Below, piece by piece: positions 30,104-40,170 of a stretch of 64,000 nucleotides of DNA. Where the stretch lies: IMG/VR virus record IMGVR_UViG_3300008954_003475, positions 62,001 through 126,000 of that record, one strand, 5' to 3'. A program made the position numbers and the translations under genes. The notes under the pieces are model-generated. The model was not told the origin of the DNA and made no database searches. It saw only the letters and a list, made by a program, of their open reading frames with translations. Positions within the stretch are counted from its first letter, which is position 1. Each line of letters starts with the position of its first letter.

Positions 30104-33100
30104 TTAACCGCAATGGTATGTGCATCCAACAAATGCTTTTTTATAGGTTTGACCATCAAACTCAAATTCAACACATTCATAATTATTACTATTTAAATCA
30201 AAATTACAATCTTGGGTAATCTTTGCCACAGTATAGTTGTGAAGCAAATCATCATCTTGCCTCATACCATAACCAGGAATTTCGCAAGTTGTTATGTAAT
30301 CTCCATTCTCCAAATCACCATTTATATTACAAATCCAAACAGCACCTTCTCCTAGTGAGTTAATAATCAGCCTTTCATCATCCTCTTTTTTTGCATAAGA
30401 AGATACGAATGCTCCTATCGAATAAGATCTTGTATCACTGCCTTCATCCTCCATATCAGATATTACTCCAAAAGCTTTTTTATCATTTCTTACACTTGAT
30501 AGCCCAACCTCTGGCAATGATTCATTTATGCTAGGCTTTTTTAATCCATCTAGATTACTATAAAAACCCTTTGAAATAACTATCAGCCCTATGTTGTCCT
30601 TGTCGTGCAAGGCTTTATCCCCCAGAGATCTATGCTGACCTGTAAAGTTAAGCTCGTCTACATTATTTGCCGGATTTAAATATGCTCGAACACCATCGAA
30701 GGAACCTCCATAACTATTTTTATGATGAAAGGCTAATACGTTTGAGTTTCCATCGTATGAAGATCTCACGTGTATTGTCCATCTAACATCTGCCGTACCG
30801 GCAAGGATTCCGTCATCACCGCCATGGGTTGCATACTGATGAATCCTTATTCCTGAGTTGCTATCATCGTCAGATTGAAACACATCAAATCGCCCATTCT
30901 TCATAGCCATTCTAAATTTTTCATCAAAATTAGTGCCAAGCAGACCAGTGTTAAATGGATCTTCATCTACATTATATGGCCCAAAAGCTAAATTACTATA
31001 GGTATCTGACGATGAAGACCAATATGTTGCTATATCTCCATACATAGATGTAGAGCCAGCCTTTATAAAAAGACATGGTCCCTCCGCCTGGCTGCCTGCA
31101 ACATTTATTACCCCAACCTGATGACCTGGACTGCTTACTGATAAAGAATCATATATAGCAACATTTCCGGTTCTATCTATATACAAGGCCTTGCCATAGT
31201 CGGTCCACAAGCTCAAAGTATCATCGTCTGCAGCGGATCCAATCAATGTTTCAACGCCACTGCGGATAGCGAAACTAACATCGTCTATAGTAATGGATCC
31301 ACCAACATTGAGATCGCCTGTGTTCACGGAACCACTAACATTCAACCTGTGGCCATCAGGTGTCGTGGTCCCTATCGCAACGCCACCACTGCCATTGGCA
31401 CACATCATAAGATCACTATCTCCAGAGTTTTGAAGATGCATTGAAGAAGAAGCGGAACCATCTCTGGCCAATATCTCATTGGCATCGAATGCTAGATGAT
31501 CACCGCTTGTATCTCCTACTATTAAGATTCCGGTACTATTTGACTCACTTATTTCGTCCGAACCTGTGGTGCCTCCATAAACATATAACGGCACTTGAGA
31601 ATCGGCCACCCCTATCCCAACTCCATCTTCAGTTATGGTCAAACTATCACTTAAAGATCTTCTGTTGATCTTGAATACCGCCGAATCAGTTGTAGAGCTA
31701 CTTCTTGTTCCCATTACAAATTGGCCATTGGAGGCAGGCGTGTCTCCATCCCACTCGATAAAGCCACCATGGTTAAACACGCCCGCATCTCCGGAGCAAT
31801 CCTCAACAAACTCAATTCTTGATGAACAGTTTCCTCCCCCAGCATCGGGCGATCCCAGTCTAAACACCACATCATCACCAATGAGGTGAAGATTTGGCTG
31901 AGTTGTTGATGGACTTGAGTTTTCAATCGTTATACTTTCTGCTATAATATCTGTTGCTGCAATATTTGTAACAGCAAGCGTTTCAATGGGAAGAAGCCTA
32001 TCTGACCATTCATGATTGCCGTCATAGTCGATCTTGCCCGATCCTGAGCCATCATTATCAGCACATATGTTTCCAACTATTTGTATATTATTTATTGCAG
32101 GACAATCATCAAAGTCAAAAATATTTTCTCCAGCAACATACGAGCCAACCAGCGGATCGACATAAGCACAATGAATAAGATAATTGTCCATCCCATCCAC
32201 CACCATATCCGTTCCACCGGGAGCGATTCCTGACCCTCTAGAAACATTATTTGATATATTTATATTTCTAATATTTGCTGCAGCAAAATCATCAAACTTT
32301 ATTGCTGAATTTAAAAATTGACAATTTGTTATAGAGATATTTCCTGCGCCATGATCTGTCGCCTCTTCCAGCCTGTCATGAGCCTCAACTATAATTCCGC
32401 CATAGCTAATGTCGGCAGCACCGTCAGCGCCCTCATCACACTCTGATGAGTCAAAAATAACATTATCAATGTTAACTCCCCAATTTAGCTTATAGCCTTC
32501 CGAATCTGAAAGATGATTTGGGTCTTTAATAGATGGATCTATAATATTTATAGAAGAAAGTCTCATTCTGAAATTGCTTAAATTCACAAAGCCATTATTT
32601 ATTACATCCATGTCCATATCTGGCACAGAAGAGCTTATAGTCGGATCAAGGCCATATGCATCATCATCAATGGCCATTCCAGGTCCTGCAATTTTTATAC
32701 CAGACCAATTATCGGCGCTTCTTGAGACCAGCCTAGTATCTAGATCGTTAGAGTCATCATATATGTCGGCTATATCTATAACTGTCGAATATCCTTCTCC
32801 AACTATATTTACGGGAAAGTTTATCCATATACCTTGATTTAAATGTCTTGCATTAAGAGTTTTGTTATCGGTTGTTGTTCCAGAGTCCTCTGCGTGATCA
32901 ACAATGACCCTATGAGTTCCAGACTTCAGATGAATCGTCGGAACACCAGCGCTTGAATATGCTTCAGAAAATCTTTTCGCATACTTGAGAGCTTCATTGA
33001 TTGTTAAAAAGTGTCCCATACCTCTTTGCGGAGATACGGTAATTGAATTAAGAATTCTTAAGTCTAATTGGTCAATAAATAATCTCAAATCAGTTGCAAA

Positions 33101-36016
33101 AGGAGGATCTCCAATAGTGGTGTCAGAACCATCTCCATTGTATTCTACAGTACATAAGACGCAATAATCATACGGATCAAATGGTGAGGAACAAACCCCG
33201 CTTGCTCCAGAGGAGTTTGAACTAGCAAAAACAATCTCTCCCCACTGGTTCATGGCTACAAAAAATTTATCTGTATCGGGAGAAGGCCCCCAAGGAGAGT
33301 TGATTCCTGTTATCAAATTATTTCTTGCGCTTATTTCAAATCTTTTTCCCTTCACATAACAAACGCCACCCGCTATATCTATAACATAATGTCCGTTTAC
33401 ATTTATTGACTCATGATCATCCAAGTCAGTATAGGGCGTTAATAAGTCCGTGCTAGAGTCAAGAACCGATGTTGTCACCTCAAGCCCGCTGACTACACCA
33501 TTTGATCTAGTTTCTCGAATAGGCCTTTGCTGCATTGTGTATATGGCATCAGTTCCAAGATCCTTGTGTCCAACATTTCCTCTGCGCAACTTTGAAAAAA
33601 GCCTAGGATAATCAGTTCCAGCCCCGGAAACTCTTGAGGATCCAGCTTCATAATGCGATCTTGCAATGAGAAGATTTTGCCCATCATTTACCTCCTCAAA
33701 CCCATAAAGACCTATAGTGGTAGCAACTCCAGACCCAGCGGCTCCAATGTCATCATCTATCTGTGCCGATATAGCAGAAGAATCCTGAATAAACAATGTA
33801 AGCTTTATATCATACTTTCCAGAAGATACCTCTATATAAGAGTTTGAAAGACTGCCCAGAATAACTGGATCGCCTCCATCTAAGGCTATTAAGTCAACTC
33901 CATCTACAGTCCTCTCTAACGTTAGCCCCTCTCCAGATGCTGCCGAATACACAGAGACATCCCCAGCAAAGTCTACTACGGCCACTACGTTCGAAACAGT
34001 ATCTCCATCCCCCGTGTTGGATAAGGCTCCATATATTAATCTTCTATTATAAAAAACACTTCTATCATAATCCATAAAAACATCTATAATTGCAACATAT
34101 GAAGATCCGTCTATCTCGCTAAATGCCATATCTGCCAATGATAATGAATTTTTAAATATATAAAACTCTGTACTTTCATCAGAAGATCCTGTCCAAGCCC
34201 CGCCTGACAGTTGGTTTGAATCTACACCAACCTTGGACCCTGACTCATGAACGCTTGTTACGAGATAAGTTCCATCGTCAGCGCTAGATTCCGCAATGAC
34301 CAAAAGGTCTCCTACACATATCGCTTCTTCTAAAAAGTTTACAGAAGTTGACGATATCTGTGACGATCCAGACAAAAGCTCCAACCCGGTCTCTGCCAAT
34401 TTTGTACCAAGACCGTTATAAGCTTTGCCCTGTATATAATATCTTGTTCCAAGACCAGCATCTATAACTGAGTCTTCATAATCTGATAAGCCCATAGAGT
34501 CAAGGGCGTCATCGGATCCTCTTGAAACTTTTAATGTATAAGAATTTGTAGCAGAACTTTCTATAGAATGAACAAATGCAATTTCAGAAGGCTTATTCTC
34601 ATCATAATCTATTCTGTATGCATAAACGCTATAACCTCCAGCCGAGAATTGTTCATTTAGCTTTTTAAGAATCGTATCAACCGTTTGTACTGTAGCTTCT
34701 CCATCATAAACATCCAAATCAATGGCGGTTCCTTCGTCAATTGTTATAGAAAAATATCTATTTCCTTCGGACCCTATTCCGTTTATTTCCGAAGGCCTTA
34801 TTCCGTTTGTTATAATTGCTGCGGCTTCTGGGTTTGCTATTTGCAAAGTATCTGCATTAGAAGTTGGAATGCCAGATTCGTCATAGGCCTCATACTCTCT
34901 AACTGACACAAGCAATCCGCCAAGATTTGCTTCTTTGTTTGTGTTTTGATAAATTTTTGCCGTAGTATCAACCTCTGCATCTTCTCCGAATCTTGCAAAA
35001 ACATATACTCCTGTTATTTTGGTCTCATCATCAGGGTCGTATACAACTTCGCTAATCTGATATTCTGCAGTTCCAGACTCATCTGTTATTTGTAATATAT
35101 CAGACTTTTTAATGCTTATTTCAGGCACATCTTGTGCTGTATTAAAACCAATATGATGGCCCTGAGGCGACTCATAAGATATGCTTGCATAATAGGTTAT
35201 GCCAGTACTATCCAGTATCAGCTGTCCTACGTCATCCTCAAGAGAGGATACAAGCTGACCAGTTCTTGCTACTCCATTATCATGCTGATGATTCTGGTGA
35301 TCATCAAGCTGACCAACGGCATGTGCCAAGATATCCTCTATAGCGCCCTGAACATCATCTGAATCTATATAGGCAGAAACATCTGTTGTATCAAAAAATA
35401 ACTGATCAGCTTCGTGTGATCTGTTTGATATCGATATATCACTTCCATCATAATTTATATGCGATTGAAAAACTGACTCAAAAGCATCTTGCGATGTTGT
35501 AATATCTAAAGATGTAATTCCAGTTGAAGAAGAGGTATTATCAATAGCCTCTATAGTAATTGCCTGCCCCTTGTGTCTATTTGTAGCAGAAGTATGCACA
35601 TGGGCATTAAACAAAACTGCAAGCTCATCTATTGTAGCAAGCATGGCATCTACTTGATTCATCAATTGAGATACTTCGTCTTGCAATAATTGCGTTGGAT
35701 AATTTAAACGAAGCTTGCTTTCATTAATAGCGGCAGTTTTAGAAACATCACTATCAACAATTGGGCCACTTAAAACGTTCGCCCTATCAAGGGCTTCTTT
35801 TAATATATTTCCATTGCCATCTATAGCCTTATTGAGTCTGTCCGAAACAGTATTCCCAACAGCTCCTTGCGGATTAATACCCAACGTTCTTTCTATCTGA
35901 AATAAAGCAGATCTTATACTATTGAGGACATCAGAGCCAACCTCTATGATGTTGTCTCTAACTGCCGGTATTTCAATAGATGTATCTAATTCATTTGGAT
36001 ATTTTGACTTTGGCAT
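30104..36016 (-). CDS. Tailspike/tail fibre paralogue 1 (1970 aa) with beta-helix, fibre repeats and a C-terminal chaperone-like domain
   Basis: HFLTINEALK...IHLKSGTH...VNIVGEGYSTVI beta-helix entry, then GIGV/AIGT fibre segments, and a terminal FTGQHR...GEGAVWI...GDYITTC..PGYGM.QDDD.LHNYTVAKIT.DC...FVGCTYHCG domain. Confidence 0.78.
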   Translation of the reverse strand: MPKSKYPNELDTSIEIPAVRDNIIEVGSDVLNSIRSALFQIERTLGINPQGAVGNTVSDRLNKAIDGNGNILKEALDRANVLSGPIVDSDVSKTAAINESKLRLNYPTQLLQDEVSQLMNQVDAMLATIDELAVLFNAHVHTSATNRHKGQAITIEAIDNTSSSTGITSLDITTSQDAFESVFQSHINYDGSDISISNRSHEADQLFFDTTDVSAYIDSDDVQGAIEDILAHAVGQLDDHQNHQHDNGVARTGQLVSSLEDDVGQLILDSTGITYYASISYESPQGHHIGFNTAQDVPEISIKKSDILQITDESGTAEYQISEVVYDPDDETKITGVYVFARFGEDAEVDTTAKIYQNTNKEANLGGLLVSVREYEAYDESGIPTSNADTLQIANPEAAAIITNGIRPSEINGIGSEGNRYFSITIDEGTAIDLDVYDGEATVQTVDTILKKLNEQFSAGGYSVYAYRIDYDENKPSEIAFVHSIESSATNSYTLKVSRGSDDALDSMGLSDYEDSVIDAGLGTRYYIQGKAYNGLGTKLAETGLELLSGSSQISSTSVNFLEEAICVGDLLVIAESSADDGTYLVTSVHESGSKVGVDSNQLSGGAWTGSSDESTEFYIFKNSLSLADMAFSEIDGSSYVAIIDVFMDYDRSVFYNRRLIYGALSNTGDGDTVSNVVAVVDFAGDVSVYSAASGEGLTLERTVDGVDLIALDGGDPVILGSLSNSYIEVSSGKYDIKLTLFIQDSSAISAQIDDDIGAAGSGVATTIGLYGFEEVNDGQNLLIARSHYEAGSSRVSGAGTDYPRLFSKLRRGNVGHKDLGTDAIYTMQQRPIRETRSNGVVSGLEVTTSVLDSSTDLLTPYTDLDDHESINVNGHYVIDIAGGVCYVKGKRFEISARNNLITGINSPWGPSPDTDKFFVAMNQWGEIVFASSNSSGASGVCSSPFDPYDYCVLCTVEYNGDGSDTTIGDPPFATDLRLFIDQLDLRILNSITVSPQRGMGHFLTINEALKYAKRFSEAYSSAGVPTIHLKSGTHRVIVDHAEDSGTTTDNKTLNARHLNQGIWINFPVNIVGEGYSTVIDIADIYDDSNDLDTRLVSRSADNWSGIKIAGPGMAIDDDAYGLDPTISSSVPDMDMDVINNGFVNLSNFRMRLSSINIIDPSIKDPNHLSDSEGYKLNWGVNIDNVIFDSSECDEGADGAADISYGGIIVEAHDRLEEATDHGAGNISITNCQFLNSAIKFDDFAAANIRNINISNNVSRGSGIAPGGTDMVVDGMDNYLIHCAYVDPLVGSYVAGENIFDFDDCPAINNIQIVGNICADNDGSGSGKIDYDGNHEWSDRLLPIETLAVTNIAATDIIAESITIENSSPSTTQPNLHLIGDDVVFRLGSPDAGGGNCSSRIEFVEDCSGDAGVFNHGGFIEWDGDTPASNGQFVMGTRSSSTTDSAVFKINRRSLSDSLTITEDGVGIGVADSQVPLYVYGGTTGSDEISESNSTGILIVGDTSGDHLAFDANEILARDGSASSSMHLQNSGDSDLMMCANGSGGVAIGTTTPDGHRLNVSGSVNTGDLNVGGSITIDDVSFAIRSGVETLIGSAADDDTLSLWTDYGKALYIDRTGNVAIYDSLSVSSPGHQVGVINVAGSQAEGPCLFIKAGSTSMYGDIATYWSSSSDTYSNLAFGPYNVDEDPFNTGLLGTNFDEKFRMAMKNGRFDVFQSDDDSNSGIRIHQYATHGGDDGILAGTADVRWTIHVRSSYDGNSNVLAFHHKNSYGGSFDGVRAYLNPANNVDELNFTGQHRSLGDKALHDKDNIGLIVISKGFYSNLDGLKKPSINESLPEVGLSSVRNDKKAFGVISDMEDEGSDTRSYSIGAFVSSYAKKEDDERLIINSLGEGAVWICNINGDLENGDYITTCEIPGYGMRQDDDLLHNYTVAKITQDCNFDLNSNNYECVEFEFDGQTYKKAFVGCTYHCG

Positions 36017-36059
36017 TAACTCTTCCTATAATTTTAACTTTCATATTCATTAAAATAAA

Positions 36060-36066
36060 ATTAGTA
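36060..36066 (-). promoter_or_regulatory. TACTAAT motif upstream of tailspike 1
   Basis: Intergenic AATACTAATTTTATTTTAAT about 44 nt before the ATG at 36016. Confidence 0.45.
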
Positions 36067-36089
36067 TTAGAAACTTGACAGATAATTGA

Positions 36090-36539
36090 TTAAGGCATTT
36101 CCATCTGATCTGTAATAGCATCAGCACCTACAAAGGCTGCAATTGTAATTGCAATGCCTAAAGATAAAAATCCTATATTTTCCAATGTTTGAAATCTATC
36201 TCTTCTATTATATTTATCCAAAAGATCCTGATTTATTACAGTCAGATGAGCATATCTATCCACCTGTGACTGAGAATAATCAAGGTTTAACTTATACAAA
36301 TCTATCTGCTGCACCCTCAGAACCTCTAACTCTCTATGCCTATCTAACTCCAACTCTTTAGCTTCTAATTCTTCAATTCTATTAAGAAGAGCTGTTGCCT
36401 CATCGATGGTAAAGACATAAGAGTCTTCCTCAAGTGTTGTTCCAGCCTTCACTATATCTCCCGCCCAACTTATGCTGGGAGTAAAAACAAGAGAAGCTAT
36501 AACAGCAAAAGACATCAATTGCTTTAAAACGAACCTCAT
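36090..36539 (-). CDS. Signal peptide + coiled coil + C-terminal TM protein; possible spanin-like component
   Basis: MRFVLKQLMSFAVIASLVFTPSISWA|GD signal peptide without Cys, heptad region, C-terminal IGFLSLGIAITIAAFVGA. Confidence 0.5.
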   Translation of the reverse strand: MRFVLKQLMSFAVIASLVFTPSISWAGDIVKAGTTLEEDSYVFTIDEATALLNRIEELEAKELELDRHRELEVLRVQQIDLYKLNLDYSQSQVDRYAHLTVINQDLLDKYNRRDRFQTLENIGFLSLGIAITIAAFVGADAITDQMEMP

Positions 36540-36748
36540 AAATCTAACTCCATATTTCCGATATGATCTTTAACGTCTACCTTATCTGGAGACATTAAAG
36601 ACTCCATCTCTTTTATATCAATTAAAAGATATTCCCTTCCTGTTGATATATTTTCTTTTATTTTTTCCGCAAGGGATATTAAGCCCTCATAAACTTTGCT
36701 ATTTTTATCTTTTGAAATATCAATAAGCTTGTTAATCTTTTCTAACAT
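36536..36748 (-). CDS. Hypothetical protein (70 aa)
   Basis: ORF translationally coupled (overlapping start/stop) to both neighbours. Confidence 0.65.
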   Translation of the reverse strand: MLEKINKLIDISKDKNSKVYEGLISLAEKIKENISTGREYLLIDIKEMESLMSPDKVDVKDHIGNMELDL

Positions 36749-37110
36749 TAAAAACCTCTTTCATCAAAAAACTCATCTAGTTCATCTTCCGAAACTTCTT
36801 TTCTTGCCTCGAATTCTTCAAGAGTTTTTATTTCTTCTATTATTTCTTCTATTCTGCTTTCTAAACTTAAAATCTTTTCATCATTTCTATCTATTTCTTC
36901 TTGAGCTTTCTCAATTTCAACTTCGGTTCTAACCTTTTTAAGTTCTAGCTCAAGAATCTCGCGAGCATTTATTTTCTTTCTTAATAAGAAGACCGCTATA
37001 AAGCCAAAAATGCCTACTATTGCACCAAATATCAGTTTAGCTTTTAGTCCAACCTTTTTAAAAAAGTCACCAATTGCATACCAAAACCCTTTATCTTCTT
37101 CTTCACTCAT
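36748..37110 (-). CDS. i-spanin-like protein (N-terminal TM + coiled coil); start revised to MSEEEDK
   Basis: ATG at 37110 overlaps the stop of the upstream gene (ATGAGTGA). TM LIFGAIVGIFGFIAVFLL followed by a long charged heptad region. Confidence 0.55.
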   Translation of the reverse strand: MSEEEDKGFWYAIGDFFKKVGLKAKLIFGAIVGIFGFIAVFLLRKKINAREILELELKKVRTEVEIEKAQEEIDRNDEKILSLESRIEEIIEEIKTLEEFEARKEVSEDELDEFFDERGF

Positions 37111-37375
37111 TATCTTCTTCCTGCTCCTCTTCCTTGCTATTTTCAGCTTCGTACTTCCTGTCAGTCCAACGCCTGGTAACATATGCTGTAAATGTCGCAG
37201 CAAGATATGCCGTCATTGCCGAAGCCTCCATGGGCTGAAGGCCTAATTCAAAGTCTTTATAAGAAATTCTACCGAAAGTCGCTAACAAAATGTTCAGTGT
37301 AACTACTGAAAAAGCAAAAAATGCGAATGTAAGCATTGCATCTGGCTTTCCTGCTGTATTTTTAATCCAATACAT
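37103..37375 (-). CDS. Holin-like two-TM membrane protein (90 aa)
   Basis: TM1 LTFAFFAFSVVTLNILLATF, TM2 AMTAYLAATFTAYV, charged C-terminal tail. Adjacent to spanin-like genes. Confidence 0.55.
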   Translation of the reverse strand: MYWIKNTAGKPDAMLTFAFFAFSVVTLNILLATFGRISYKDFELGLQPMEASAMTAYLAATFTAYVTRRWTDRKYEAENSKEEEQEEDNE

Positions 37376-37383
37376 TATCCCTC

Positions 37384-39375
37384 CTAAGTGCTCAAACTAT
37401 ATGGAATAGTATAAACAATATCTGTCTTATCCATCCTCTTTAACTTTAACCTTTGCCTTGTGAAGTGTCTATAAAACAACTTATCTTTCGTAACGTCCAA
37501 AACTTCATATATATATTCTGCATCATCATTAAAATCAAATCGCACGATTAAATCTCTATCTCTTATTGCCGGGTTTGGCAAAGTCCAACCCTGAGGCTCA
37601 TAAACTTGTTCGAGATGCGTATGCAGCCCTAACTTCAAATCTTCTGTTGTATCTCCAAATGCGACCATAACCCTGCCATCCTCTCTTCTCTTGTAGTCAT
37701 ACTGAGTAAAGCCGCCGATAAAGCCTGTTCCATAACACTTCTTGCAAGATTTAATCTTTGGATGCATCCTTCTGGAATCAGAACAGCTGCAGATCTCTCC
37801 ATCCCAGATTCTTTTCAAAAGAATTATGGGCTCCCCAGATTGATCCAGAAGAACCTCTTCTCTGTTGAGCATTCGATCAAAGAGGTTCATACCTCTATAT
37901 TTATTAAACTCTCCTCCGAGATAGCTTCCACAATCACTTTGTCCTTGAAAAATATGTTGAGGAATGGCCCTATGATATCCGCAGAAATCAAAGCCTTGAA
38001 AAAACTTTTTATCATTATCTGTATAGTCAGTTATAACCAGCCCCGTTCCGTCAAGCTCTCGTCCGCTCTCATATCCGTCTATATATGTTGGCGTTGCCAT
38101 TATTATTACAGAGTTTTTATCCTGACATGCCAAAAACATCTTTATAGGATCCCCCTCTAAATAAATTCCGGCGCTTGTTCCATTTAATCCTCGTCCTCCG
38201 GAAGGAAGAAGAAATGAAGTGTCTGTTTTTGCTGTATATTTAATTACCTCTGCATTATTAACAATCAATATTCCAGTAGCCGGATATCCATCTGTTGAAG
38301 AAACGGGAAATATTGTATCATCCTCTAAAACTTGTTCGGTTATTTCAATATCATCTGGAATACGATATGTGTCATCGGCAACTTCTTCCATTCCTGTTAA
38401 ATCTACACTTCCCGAAAAGGTCTCCAAGGCTCTGACTGCAAATGACAAAGTAAGCCCGGGAGTCAGCCCAGAAATTTGCGCACACCTGCTTTCTGATGAA
38501 GATATATATTTGGGATTTGAATCAAAAATTTCTAATCTAGACTCATCATGAAAGATTAAAGCGTAAGAATCTCCCTTATAAGATCTAGACATGGGTTTGT
38601 ACCACTCCACCTGAAGCATATCTCCACGACCCATGTTGGATACTTTTCTAATTCCTTGTGCAAATCCTAAAAACTTAACTTGTGGAAATGTTGATGAAAG
38701 AATTATCTCTGGCAAGTCAACAGTATAAGAGAACTTTCCTCTTAGTACATTTCCAGAAGTATCTTCTATCGTATATCTCAACTGATATGGGCCATCACGG
38801 AAAGATTCTGTTGGCTCGATTCTAACGGAAGCTCCGTCTGTTATCTTGGTTATTGCTGACGAATCTCCATCGAAGTATTCTTCAAACTCACCATCAACTA
38901 CTATCGGAAGATCATTTAACCATACATTTATAGAGCTAGTATTTACATCGTCTATTTCATCTTTAAATTGCAAAAACAGCACCTGGTCCGATTTAACCAA
39001 ATCTCCAGGCTCAGGTGAGGACAATTCCAGTATAGGCTCTAGCGGTATAACTTTAAAAACATATTCAAAGTTATAATATTTGCCATCAAGATCTTTTACT
39101 TGAATTTTGACAAGAACAACCGTTCCAGGAATAAAATCATCTTCACGATCTATAGCGACAGAAAGCCCTGCATCTATTACAGATATATCCGAATAAGTTC
39201 CATCATATCCCGCTTTAAACTCTAAATCTTTGATCGCTCTTGCGCCACTTATCTCAACGACCAAAGAGGACGAATCTATGCCTGTGTCATCATCTACGAT
39301 GACAAATTCTATTAAGGAATCTAGGTCTGCGTAGGTAGTTCCCTCAGATGGGGATTGCCCAGATAATGTTAGCAT
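37384..39375 (-). CDS. Head closure/neck protein with N-terminal Ig/FN3-like domains and a Zn-ribbon insert
   Basis: Start revised to ATG 39375 (GGAGG SD). Two Ig-like repeats (SP.EG/PGD....D..I.F...D...ID.SS) and an FN3-like region. C-terminal CSC...CKKCYGTGFIGGF...WTLPNPAIRDRDLIVRF...YEV head-closure-like domain. Confidence 0.6.
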   Translation of the reverse strand: MLTLSGQSPSEGTTYADLDSLIEFVIVDDDTGIDSSSLVVEISGARAIKDLEFKAGYDGTYSDISVIDAGLSVAIDREDDFIPGTVVLVKIQVKDLDGKYYNFEYVFKVIPLEPILELSSPEPGDLVKSDQVLFLQFKDEIDDVNTSSINVWLNDLPIVVDGEFEEYFDGDSSAITKITDGASVRIEPTESFRDGPYQLRYTIEDTSGNVLRGKFSYTVDLPEIILSSTFPQVKFLGFAQGIRKVSNMGRGDMLQVEWYKPMSRSYKGDSYALIFHDESRLEIFDSNPKYISSSESRCAQISGLTPGLTLSFAVRALETFSGSVDLTGMEEVADDTYRIPDDIEITEQVLEDDTIFPVSSTDGYPATGILIVNNAEVIKYTAKTDTSFLLPSGGRGLNGTSAGIYLEGDPIKMFLACQDKNSVIIMATPTYIDGYESGRELDGTGLVITDYTDNDKKFFQGFDFCGYHRAIPQHIFQGQSDCGSYLGGEFNKYRGMNLFDRMLNREEVLLDQSGEPIILLKRIWDGEICSCSDSRRMHPKIKSCKKCYGTGFIGGFTQYDYKRREDGRVMVAFGDTTEDLKLGLHTHLEQVYEPQGWTLPNPAIRDRDLIVRFDFNDDAEYIYEVLDVTKDKLFYRHFTRQRLKLKRMDKTDIVYTIPYSLST

Positions 39376-39400
39376 ATAAACCTCCAATTGAGGCTTTTCT

Positions 39401-39407
39401 ATTAGTA
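39401..39407 (-). promoter_or_regulatory. TACTAAT motif upstream of the neck gene
   Basis: CTCTACTAATAGAAAA in the 23-nt intergenic gap. Confidence 0.45.
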
Positions 39408-39410
39408 GAG

Positions 39411-39923
39411 CTAATCGTCGTTAGCTCTTTCCATTATCTCTTCTTTTTTATCTTCTTTTTGACCCTCTGGAACATCATGAAACTTTAAAAGATGATTTAC
39501 ATACTTTTCAGCCTCATCCTCGCCCCTTTGTTCTTCATCAAATTTTACTTGATATTGAAAGGCTTCAATCTCATCTTCTCTGTTTAAATAATCTTTTCTT
39601 TTATCAGTTTGCTTTTTACCATATTCATCAATATGCTGTATAGCATGAACTAGCTCATGTATTACATATCTCATTAATACTTCAAAGGGTTTCTTCATTA
39701 ATTTTGGACTTAAAACAATATTTCCATTGACCGTTTTAGCTGTAACTTTAACTTTGTCGAATCTAATCGGTACGCTTTTTAATATCCACACACCTACGCC
39801 AAGGTCTTCGCATATCTCTTTTGCAACACTATCATTCATAAGCGCTGTTCTAATCTTTGATAGCGTTTCCATTTGATTCATCAAATGGTTATTTTTTTTC
39901 TTTGCCGATATTACCTTGATCAT
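39411..39923 (-). CDS. Zincin-like metallopeptidase (HEXXH)
   Basis: VIHELVHAIQH followed by YLNREDEIEAF (downstream Glu ligand pattern). Confidence 0.7.
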   Translation of the reverse strand: MIKVISAKKKNNHLMNQMETLSKIRTALMNDSVAKEICEDLGVGVWILKSVPIRFDKVKVTAKTVNGNIVLSPKLMKKPFEVLMRYVIHELVHAIQHIDEYGKKQTDKRKDYLNREDEIEAFQYQVKFDEEQRGEDEAEKYVNHLLKFHDVPEGQKEDKKEEIMERANDD

Positions 39924-40143
39924 CTAACTCGCCCTCTTCTTTAAAAAAATAATCATCTAAATTTTCAGACTCACTAGTTATAGCTAAATTAGCAAGAAAC
40001 GAACTTTGCTCAAGCATAGATATGCGCTCTTCAGCTCTTTTTATTAAGTGTTTTAGCCCTAAAAGCTCAAGCTGTATCTCCTCAAACGTCCGAGGGGAGT
40101 TAAAACCGCAATAAGAAAGGGAACAATTTTCTGGCTCTCTCAT
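39889..40143 (-). CDS. Hypothetical protein (84 aa)
   Basis: ORF with GGAG SD and a short coiled-coil-like segment. Confidence 0.55.
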   Translation of the reverse strand: MREPENCSLSYCGFNSPRTFEEIQLELLGLKHLIKRAEERISMLEQSSFLANLAITSESENLDDYFFKEEGELDDQGNIGKEKK

Positions 40144-40170
40144 ATAATCTCCAACTAATATATTACCTAT

